Below are positions 18,326-25,063 of a DNA stretch of 64,000 nucleotides, piece by piece. Under the pieces are notes generated by a model that saw only the letters and a program-made list of their open reading frames with translations, ran no database searches and was not told where the DNA came from. Each line of letters opens with the position of its first letter. Positions within the stretch are counted from its first letter, which is position 1. Position numbers and translations under genes: made by a program. The stretch comes from a virus (lineage: Duplodnaviria > Caudoviricetes), in IMG/VR virus record IMGVR_UViG_3300021256_000056, positions 32,001 to 96,000 of that record, one strand, 5' to 3'.

Positions 18326-19028
18326 GTATATATTCCATTAATCCTTTTTTATCGAATGGTAGTCCGTAATGCTTAAACCATTTTCTTATAGCATTATCCG
18401 ACACTCCAAAAGACTTTCCGACTTGTAAAAAACTTCTTTTAACTAAAAAAAGATTAATTAAAGTTTCTTTTGATGGGTGATTTCTTTCCCATGCGCATTC
18501 TCGCGCTTCTATCCAATCTTCTTTGTTTGTGTGTCTTTTCTTTACTATGGTTTTAGTAGTGGATTCGTATTTATTTGAATTTTTTCCTGCATAAGTATCC
18601 GTTTGTGAATGACAATTTGGGCATAATAACATGAGATTTTCAATCCTATTATCGTCATGTATACCATTGATATGGTGGAGTTGTAATGATATCGGTTTAC
18701 CATTCCATTCGCAAATTCCACATTGTGGATTCTCACACTTATTTTCTTTTAAGCCACACTCAATTAGTCTTTTTTTTAGCCGACTTTTGTTTGTGTATAA
18801 ACTATGTTCAACTAGAATGTCATCCATGGGAATTTTTTCTCTGTAGCTTTTTGTCATTCGTTTATAAGAGAATCTTAATTCCAGCCCGAGTTCCTTTGCA
18901 AGCGCCCTTACCTCTTTATAATCTTCCCCGCCAACGTTTTCTATTCCGAGTCTATGACAAAGGTCCAACATATTAACACATTTGTCGTAATTTTCAATTA
19001 ACCTGTCTATCGCGTATTCTCGATTCAT
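18273..19028 (-). CDS. free-standing HNH endonuclease
   Basis: LQLHHINGIHDDNRIENLMLLCPNCHSQT; C-terminal HTH-like segment; reads into tRNA-Trp. Confidence 0.9.
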   Translation of the reverse strand: MNREYAIDRLIENYDKCVNMLDLCHRLGIENVGGEDYKEVRALAKELGLELRFSYKRMTKSYREKIPMDDILVEHSLYTNKSRLKKRLIECGLKENKCENPQCGICEWNGKPISLQLHHINGIHDDNRIENLMLLCPNCHSQTDTYAGKNSNKYESTTKTIVKKRHTNKEDWIEARECAWERNHPSKETLINLFLVKRSFLQVGKSFGVSDNAIRKWFKHYGLPFDKKGLMEYIQTLGRAVEGTGLQNQQD

Positions 19029-19216
19029 AATATTCTTTTTATTATAAATAGTATGAAAAGAGAAAAATCGAACCTTTTTGGAAATTTTTATTTAGTTCGA
19101 ATATATAATGAAAAATGAATTTTCCTCTAAGGGGAGTAGTCTAACTCCCCAGTGTGTTTTATGACCTTTTCAGCAAACCAATGTAAAAACCCAATAACTA
19201 TGGTTGTAAAAATTTC

Positions 19217-19281
19217 GGAAATCTGTTTTTCAGAATATTAGATTAAAAGTCTAGTCCTTGATAAATTGCTGTAAGATTTCC
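19217..19281 (-). ncRNA. stand-alone ACAGCAA module with Lys(UUU) anticodon stem-loop
   Basis: ggaaatct-t-ACAGCAA...taga-cttttaa-tcta...agatttcc. Confidence 0.78.
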
Positions 19282-19283
19282 TC

Positions 19284-19374
19284 TGGCGGAGAGGCTGGGA
19301 TTCGAACCCAGGGGACGCTCAACACGCCCAACGGTTTTCAAGACCGCCGCTATCGACCACTCAGCCACCTCTCC
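19284..19374 (-). tRNA. tRNA-Ser(UGA)
   Basis: Cloverleaf, loop cttgaaa, encoded CCA. Confidence 0.93.
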
Positions 19375-19383
19375 ATTAAATTT

Positions 19384-19456
19384 GAACTGCAAAAGGATTC
19401 GAACCTTTACCCGTGGACTATGCCCGCGTGTCCTGTCCATTAGACGATACAATTTT
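19384..19456 (-). ncRNA. pseudo-tRNA with non-canonical anticodon loop
   Basis: D arm cgtctaatggacaggac, T arm aaaggttcgaatccttt, loop gcatagt. Confidence 0.5.
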
Positions 19457-19524
19457 TTATCGCAGTAAAGAGGCCACCACTGATTTAACACGGCATCAGC
19501 AATGACAACCACTACGCCACGTGT

Positions 19525-19605
19525 GCTGGGGTATGGTGATTCGAACACCAATTATTCTCACGCCCTTAGGGCTTGAGGCGGTACTACCGTTGTACTACAC
19601 CCCAG
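19525..19605 (-). ncRNA. pseudo-tRNA with extended anticodon arm
   Basis: ctggggt acceptor, D and T arms, ctcaagccc-taa-gggcgtgag arm. Confidence 0.5.
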
Positions 19606-19693
19606 TTTATGTCTCTCCAAAGTCACGCCACTTTTGGGTATTTATATCGCGGGGGCAGGTGTCGCCCTCGCTTATGGTAATTTATCTCAATAT

Positions 19694-19705
19694 TGTCAAA
19701 GAACG
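19694..19705 (-). promoter_or_regulatory. boxA-like antitermination element
   Basis: GTTCTTTGAC just downstream of promoter; also at 24835, 27494, 28200. Confidence 0.6.
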
Positions 19706-19722
19706 TGTGTTCCGAAGAACTC

Positions 19723-19775
19723 TGGTGCAAATATATATGTAATTTTTCAAACTACAAAATATTTTTGCATTTTTT
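19723..19775 (-). promoter_or_regulatory. Bacteroidota-type promoter (TTTG ... TAnnTTTG), duplicated at 24851-24906
   Basis: aaatattttgtagtttgaaaaattacatatatatttgca on minus strand. Confidence 0.75.
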
Positions 19776-19780
19776 TTTTG

Positions 19781-19857
19781 TCTAGGAGATGAGACTCGAA
19801 CTCACATTATCCTGGCTCCTGACCAGGCAACCTCACATCCAATTGGTTTACTCCTAG
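19781..19857 (-). tRNA. atypical tRNA, Pro(AGG)-like
   Basis: C1-G72, A73; cctgg-tcaggag-ccagg with C33. Confidence 0.5.
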
Positions 19858-19872
19858 TTATATTTCAATTTG

Positions 19873-19956
19873 TGGCCCCGACGGGACTCGAACCCGTAAC
19901 CCTCGGTTTAAAAGACCGATGCGCTCGCTTTCGCTATCCATTTGCGCCACGAGGCC
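19873..19956 (-). tRNA. tRNA-Lys(UUU) with hairpin in D loop
   Basis: tcggt-cttttaa-accga; D loop contains gc-gaaa-gc. Confidence 0.8.
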
Positions 19957-20051
19957 GTTCCATTTTTCTCGGAAGCCTCGCATCACAATCGGGGCTTCAC
20001 ATTAATATTTCTGTTTTATACGTTTCATGTTTCTATTTTATTTCTTTTCTT

Positions 20052-20140
20052 GCTGGCCAGGAAGGATTCGAACCTCCAACCTTTGACACATCTAAAGCCT
20101 TTAGGGCAGTGCCTGCTCTCCCATTTGGAGCTACTAGCCA
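20052..20140 (-). ncRNA. pseudo-tRNA with expanded anticodon loop
   Basis: Intact acceptor, D and T arms; ggcac/gtgtc stem encloses 19 nt. Confidence 0.5.
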
Positions 20141-20183
20141 GTTCTTTTGACAGTTTTTGGCATGCCACTGACAAACCGACAGG

Positions 20184-20259
20184 TACTGGGTGACGGAATC
20201 GAACCGACATCAGATGCTTGAAAGGCACCTCGCCTCAACCATTAGCAGATTAACCCAGC
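20184..20259 (-). tRNA. tRNA-Glu(UUC), second type
   Basis: Cloverleaf, loop ctttcaa. Confidence 0.8.
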
Positions 20260-20266
20260 ATGTATT

Positions 20267-20560
20267 TTAATGAACTAAATGTTTAAATTTTTCCAATTTC
20301 AATTTCGCTTCTTCTCTATCTTCCTCGGTCAAAAGTCTATTTGTACTCCCCACGTGCCACTTATCACACTTTGAACATTTATAAGCCACCATCTTATGTA
20401 ATATGTTTTCACAAGTATTAAGGAACCTGGCCGTTGTCAGAGCATCCATCTCAGTATCGTAGCTCTTTTTGGGGACCAATTTGTCTCCCTCAATCTTATA
20501 ATGGCTTCTTATTGTTCTTTTTTCATCCATACGAAATTCATAATGCAAATTTCGTGCCAA
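20267..20560 (-). CDS. hypothetical protein with YKCSKCDKWH zinc motif
   Basis: ORF track. Confidence 0.7.
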   Translation of the reverse strand: MARNLHYEFRMDEKRTIRSHYKIEGDKLVPKKSYDTEMDALTTARFLNTCENILHKMVAYKCSKCDKWHVGSTNRLLTEEDREEAKLKLEKFKHLVH

Positions 20561-20667
20561 AGTTTTCTTTTTCTAAAAATTTCTTCAAAAAAACCTCCAG
20601 AGAGTTTTGGGGAACATCTTTGGAGGCGTGGAATATAGTGTCGGTCTAAACCGTGTGGTGCTATGTA

Positions 20668-20826
20668 TTATGCATCTGTTCCCATTATTCCTCCTCCTAG
20701 TCCTTTAAATGGCCATGCGCCGAGGCGTTCCTCTGACTTTCTAATGCTGACATATAGGCATGGGCAATCAAGGCTGCTCTTGTGGGAGCCTCCCATGACG
20801 TTTGTATTATTGCTCAGCATAACCAT
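20668..20826 (-). CDS. putative 52-aa leader peptide followed by terminator (20590-20627)
   Basis: MVMLSNN...GLGGGIMGTDA*, then cctcca/tggagg hairpin with U-tract. Confidence 0.4.
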   Translation of the reverse strand: MVMLSNNTNVMGGSHKSSLDCPCLYVSIRKSEERLGAWPFKGLGGGIMGTDA

Positions 20827-20984
20827 TTTGTACCTATTTTTCAATTATAAATATATGATAAAATCGAAAAAACTAAAATTCTGTGCAAATATATATGCTT
20901 TTTTTGTAAAAATCAACAAAAAACAAAAAAAAAGAGCGAATTTTTTAGATTCGCTCAATACGTTTATCACTGTTTATTCAAATC

Positions 20985-21323
20985 TTACCTACCAGCAGCG
21001 AGTATGTATGAGGCAATCATTTTTCCCCAAGCATCGTCTCTAGGGATTGAGAATTCACCACCGTTATCCCAATCGTACCCTGTTGGTGCCCACATAATTG
21101 TTATGTGGTCGTAACTTGGCATAAGACGGTACATCTTTCCAGACTTTCCCCTTACCTCAAAATCTTGGTGTCCTTCTTTTGATACACGTTCTCCGTAGAT
21201 GTCGTCCATTATTTCTTTTGAAGGAATGGGGTTATCTGTCCACTCATTTAGCACTTTTTTAACGCTTTCTTTAACTATTTTACGAAGCTGTGATTCGTTG
21301 AGATTTATAGTATTCTTTTTCAT
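20985..21323 (-). CDS. hypothetical protein with N-terminal INLNESQLRKIVKES motif
   Basis: ORF; upstream CTATTTAT motif. Confidence 0.75.
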   Translation of the reverse strand: MKKNTINLNESQLRKIVKESVKKVLNEWTDNPIPSKEIMDDIYGERVSKEGHQDFEVRGKSGKMYRLMPSYDHITIMWAPTGYDWDNGGEFSIPRDDAWGKMIASYILAAGR

Positions 21324-21361
21324 GTGCTTTTAATTTTCTTATAAATAGTTTGTTGAAACAA

Positions 21362-21387
21362 AAAAGCCTCAGATTTATCTGAGGCTT
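21362..21387. terminator. intrinsic terminator
   Basis: aagcctcaga/tctgaggctt hairpin. Confidence 0.7.
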
Positions 21388-21395
21388 ATAGGAAC

Positions 21396-21462
21396 GGAAA
21401 ACTTTTTGTTAAAATTCGAAGTTTGGAATCGGATTTGGTCTAATATTTGCTGTCGGTTTTCC
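21396..21462 (-). ncRNA. stand-alone ACAGCAA module with Trp/Gly-like loop
   Basis: ggaaaac-cg-ACAGCAA...cga-ttccaaa-cttcg...gttttcc. Confidence 0.65.
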
Positions 21463-21476
21463 TATTTTTGTCTGTT

Positions 21477-21794
21477 TTAGTCTTCAAAGTATTCCTTGAT
21501 AAGTGCCTTAATGGTTTCAAGTTCTACTTCCCTGTCGCGGAGTTCGAGAGCGAGATTGATACGTTTGCGTACCCAGTCCTTGGTGTTGAGGTTTTCTCCG
21601 ACGATGAGGCTCTGTGTGCTTCTCACTGAGAGGTCTTCCATGGAGACAATCTCATTGTTGATGGTGCGGATGCACTTTTCGACTGAACGCTTTTCATCTT
21701 CAAAGACGTCCTTGGTCTCTTCGGTGACATTCTGTGCCCTTTTCTGAATAAGGTTGTCACCAGTGTTTGTTAAGATTTGAGTAAATTTTCCCAT
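21477..21794 (-). CDS. hypothetical coiled-coil protein
   Basis: ORF track. Confidence 0.75.
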   Translation of the reverse strand: MGKFTQILTNTGDNLIQKRAQNVTEETKDVFEDEKRSVEKCIRTINNEIVSMEDLSVRSTQSLIVGENLNTKDWVRKRINLALELRDREVELETIKALIKEYFED

Positions 21795-21795
21795 A

Positions 21796-22137
21796 TTATT
21801 TGCTGTTTATTACGTGTCTATGCTGGAGTTTATAAAGTCCTGGAACGATTTCGATGCTTGCGTGCGATTCTGATTCCCAGTCTTCGATTGTGTTATCAAT
21901 CTTCTCGATTATGCTTCCTCCGTCGTGTCGCAAAACTTCGTGCATGATTGCAATCTCACGTTTAGTTTCTAATTCCCGATGGACTTTCTCTGGGAGGGCT
22001 GCAGCAAGTGTTGCGTAGTCATTAGAGCTAAGGCTGACCTGCACTGTTACGTTATGGTCTCTCGCATCGCTTTCGCAAGTCACAAGGACGTTATCTCCGT
22101 AATCGTTAGTCGCAGTTAAGTTATTAATATTAGTCAT
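21796..22137 (-). CDS. hypothetical protein
   Basis: ORF track. Confidence 0.7.
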   Translation of the reverse strand: MTNINNLTATNDYGDNVLVTCESDARDHNVTVQVSLSSNDYATLAAALPEKVHRELETKREIAIMHEVLRHDGGSIIEKIDNTIEDWESESHASIEIVPGLYKLQHRHVINSK

Positions 22138-22154
22138 GTTTTTCGTAAATTTTG

Positions 22155-22226
22155 TGCTCCATACAGGAATCGAACCCGTCTAAGAACGTTTTAGGGACGC
22201 CCGCTCGGCCACTGAGCCAATGGAGC
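22155..22226 (-). tRNA. tRNA with CUA anticodon (amber suppressor candidate)
   Basis: gctccat/atggagc acceptor; ggcgt-ccCTAaa-acgtt; C33. Confidence 0.65.
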
Positions 22227-22234
22227 AGAAAGAC

Positions 22235-22295
22235 AGGAAACATTAAAATCAACATTATCAGTGTTTATTTGACGAAAGGTTGCTGTGTGTTTCCT
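22235..22295 (-). ncRNA. stand-alone ACAGCAA module with Ile(GAU) anticodon stem-loop
   Basis: aggaaaca-c-ACAGCAA...aaca-ctgataa-tgtt...tgtttcct. Confidence 0.78.
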
Positions 22296-22311
22296 TATCT
22301 TAATGTTTCGT

Positions 22312-22602
22312 TTATTGAACCAACTTAAGTCCTTTAAACATTTCACCCGAATCTTCAACCGCAATTGCCGTAAGGCTATTGTTTAAATCGGGCTCGTAGA
22401 ACGCAGAATAAGTCTTATGTTTGTCCCTCAATCTCTGTCTCCATTTCTCAACGTCGGCGTAGAGATATATAAGGTACTCATTATTCCATTGTTGCTGTGG
22501 GTTATCCAAAAGATATTGTGCAACTGCGTGCCCACCTTGAACGCAGGCGTAAACGGGGTTGAGTCGTTTACTCACCAGCACGTACAATCTCTTCGCAGAC
22601 AT
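22312..22602 (-). CDS. peptidyl-tRNA hydrolase 2-like (PTH2/PTRHD1 fold)
   Basis: LYVLVSKRL..CVQGGHAVA..FYEPDLNNSLTAIAV. Confidence 0.7.
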   Translation of the reverse strand: MSAKRLYVLVSKRLNPVYACVQGGHAVAQYLLDNPQQQWNNEYLIYLYADVEKWRQRLRDKHKTYSAFYEPDLNNSLTAIAVEDSGEMFKGLKLVQ

Positions 22603-23023
22603 CGGTATACACTTTAATCGTTTCTTCCCCCCAGTATGTTTTACAATTTTTTTCCTCATAGACTTTTAACTGATAACCATAGGTTTTCAGATAACTATTA
22701 ATCTCATCAGAATAAAGGAACAAGGGGTGTTTTCCTTCGAGGTGGTCAGCCAAGCGATATCCAGTTTGGCGGTAGTAGTCTTCTTTGTTAAGAGGCTTCG
22801 CCTTATTTTCTATCTGCTCAAACTTTCTTCCTCTCATTAACCCATATGCCGCATACATTGCCCTTAGGGTGTCTTTATTACTAGAAACCTTCCAGCAGGC
22901 TTCATACGGTTGCATTGTCCTTTCGGTCTTTAGGTTAACAGTTTTTCTTTGTTCTTTTGCTTTTCTTTGTTCCACCTCCAAGGCGGCGATTTCCTTACGG
23001 AATTCAATAATTTCTTGTTTCAT
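22568..23023 (-). CDS. hypothetical protein
   Basis: ORF with LRAMYAAYGLMRGR motif. Confidence 0.75.
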   Translation of the reverse strand: MKQEIIEFRKEIAALEVEQRKAKEQRKTVNLKTERTMQPYEACWKVSSNKDTLRAMYAAYGLMRGRKFEQIENKAKPLNKEDYYRQTGYRLADHLEGKHPLFLYSDEINSYLKTYGYQLKVYEEKNCKTYWGEETIKVYTDVCEEIVRAGE

Positions 23024-23093
23024 AATGTTGTTTGGTTTTAATCATTTTATTTTTGGCTCTCGCCGACAAATTCCACTTTCAAATCAAACACCA

Positions 23094-23126
23094 TTAAGGT
23101 GGAACTGGATTAACCTAGTGTTTCAT
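23094..23126 (-). promoter_or_regulatory. uORF M-K-H-(TAG)-V-N-P-V-P-P-TAA
   Basis: atgaaacac tag gttaatccagttccacct taa. Confidence 0.55.
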
Positions 23127-23161
23127 AACGATAATTGTTAAGTTTGTTATTAAAAATAAAA

Positions 23162-23464
23162 AGAACACTACGGTAGGATTACTGATTACCTACAAATACT
23201 CTACAAGCGCGTTATTCAGTCACACCCAAGAAGGTTAGCTACGCCTACTTTTAAAAGGGTGAGGGGAATGCTTACCCCCAAACGGATACAGCCATCAGTC
23301 ACTGTAACTACGATTTGTCCGTTTCTTACGTCACTCTCGGTTGGCCAACCGAGGCTACTTCAACCTTACGCTTCGTGTTGCCCTCTAACCGCCTCCTGAA
23401 CTTTTCAGTCCAGGCTAACGTACCTTATGGGCAGGCTACCCATTGTTCGGTCACAAAGTGTTCT
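23162..23464 (-). ncRNA. ~300-nt structured ncRNA candidate
   Basis: Closing stem gaacact/agtgttc, many internal hairpins, no ORF. Confidence 0.55.
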
Positions 23465-23567
23465 TTTTATGATGGGTCGCCCCGCCATAAATTTTCTTTT
23501 TTTTAAAGAGCTTTTACAAAAATACGACCTTTTAATTAAAAAAGCAAGGTCTTTTAATAAAAAAAAC

Positions 23568-23625
23568 GGAAAACTTTTTTGTGACGCAGTATTATCAGTA
23601 CTTCCAAAATTGCTGTAAGTTTTCC
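23568..23625 (-). ncRNA. stand-alone ACAGCAA module with Ile(GAU) anticodon stem-loop
   Basis: ggaaaactt-ACAGCAA...agta-ctgataa-tact...aagttttcc. Confidence 0.78.
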
Positions 23626-23646
23626 TGCCTTGCCAGGTCGAGTTTG

Positions 23647-23827
23647 TTGCGGGGGCAGGAATCGAACCTGCGACCTTCAGCTTAGGATTGGTAGGAGGAA
23701 TCGAACCTCCGTTTTCACGTGCCTTACTAGGGCTAGATGTCCTGTACCACTAGACGACACCAATCTGGTTCGTTACAGTGAACCACGCTGTATTGAGGCT
23801 GACGAGCTACCGCTGCTCCACCCCGCA
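23647..23827 (-). tRNA. tRNA-fMet(CAU)-like gene interrupted at 35/36 by a 109-nt insert containing a nested tRNA-like gene (23685-23766)
   Basis: Halves join to tcagc-ctcataa-gctga; insert has its own acceptor, D and T arms. Confidence 0.75.
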
Positions 23828-23982
23828 ATATATTTCAAAATAAAGACTGCCCTTAGATTTAAACTTACCTACGCACAGTGAGGTACTAAGGCGGTTCGTT
23901 CAGGTTGCCCGATTTCGTCTAGAATGTTACGGGCCCTCGTGCGTGTCAAACGGGAATTGGCCGTCGCCTTCCACAGTCTTTG

Positions 23983-24089
23983 TTGCGATGGTAGGATTCG
24001 GACCTACGCTCTGAAACGATGTTTCATATCCTTGGCGCCCCAGGAAACACGGGAGTTGCCCCGCTGCTCTGACCACTGAGCTACACCGC
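23983..24089 (-). ncRNA. tRNA-like RNA with three hairpins replacing the anticodon arm
   Basis: gcggtg acceptor, gctcagtggtcagagc D arm, gtaggtccgaatcctac T arm. Confidence 0.6.
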
Positions 24090-24124
24090 AAAGTAAATAT
24101 ATGATAAAAGTTAAAGGTTTCTTA

Positions 24125-24830
24125 AAAAAATCAGCGTTGTCAAAAGCGCGTGGCCGCTACGCTGATTATAATGTCTAATTAAGCACTATTTTGCCACATT
24201 GGCGTCCATAACCTCCCCTGTAGTGTGATGGACAAACATCACAAAGTCACAGTAACTCAAACAGGTTCCCTCTTGCTACGGCTTACTCTCTCCTTTACCG
24301 CGGGGTCAACGCCATGTCCGCGAGGATTCAGCCTTTACTCATGCACACTCCCGCATCCTACTGATAAACTGCATTACAGTCTCGCTGAGCGGGCCCAGCA
24401 CTAACCAACTACAGAGCACGTGCACATCTCTCATGTTGGTCTGGGAAATAACTCCTCCGATTTCCCGTTGTCAGGTTTCCATCCTAATAAACCCCGCCTA
24501 CTCTATGGGGCAACGAAATACGGCCAGTTACGCATTCATTCCAGAATCCGAGAAGCATTTACGATACACTTCTAAAAACGTTTGAATCATTCGAGCCGAA
24601 AAACTTATTACTTATAGGTTTTATTATATCCTATCGCCCTATAAGATAAAATTCAGCACTTAAAGATAGGATTGCGCCTTAATTCCCCTGTGCAATAATA
24701 CGAGGGTTTAATCCCAACTCGGACTTTTCAAAATGTCTATCCAAGTAGCACTTTTGTTTTCGGGCGTACGAATCGACGTTTTACGAGCATCTTCTGCTCA
24801 CCTTACTTTTCCGACTGCGCGGATTGGATT
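24125..24830 (-). ncRNA. large structured ncRNA candidate (~700 nt)
   Basis: ORF-free, GC-enriched, own promoter and boxA upstream, terminal hairpin aatcagcgt/acgctgatt plus U-tract. Confidence 0.6.
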
Positions 24831-24907
24831 TATCTTTCAAAGAACTTTTCTGGATGCAAATATATATGTAATTTTTTAAACTACAAAATATTTTTGCATT
24901 TTTTTTG

Positions 24908-24978
24908 TTGTGGCGCCGAGATTCGAACTCAGAACGCAAGTGCCAAAAACTTGTGTGTTACCATTACACCACGCCACA
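24908..24978 (-). tRNA. tRNA-Gln(UUG)
   Basis: Cloverleaf, loop ttttggc. Confidence 0.82.
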
Positions 24979-25063
24979 ATATCCAAAAAAAACTGTCTGC
25001 ATTGTTTCTTGGTCACAAAGATACAGACAGTTTTTTAATTTTCAAAATATTTTTTAAAAAAAT

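Noticed and set aside
20052-20140. Ochre or amber suppressor tRNA
   Set aside because: CTA/TTA triplets lie in a 19-nt irregular loop with no canonical anticodon arm
6641-23625. ACAGCAA repeats as a CRISPR array
   Set aside because: Dispersed, irregular spacing, short degenerate motif, no cas genes
6215-24100. Many short track ORFs across the RNA island (e.g. 9419-9799, 13386-13709, 16254-16742, 19243-19551)
   Set aside because: They overlap tRNAs, introns or structured RNA and lack protein motifs; spurious
24125-24830. RNase P RNA
   Set aside because: Hallmark GAGGAAAGUCC and terminal ACAGAA..CGGCUUA motifs not found
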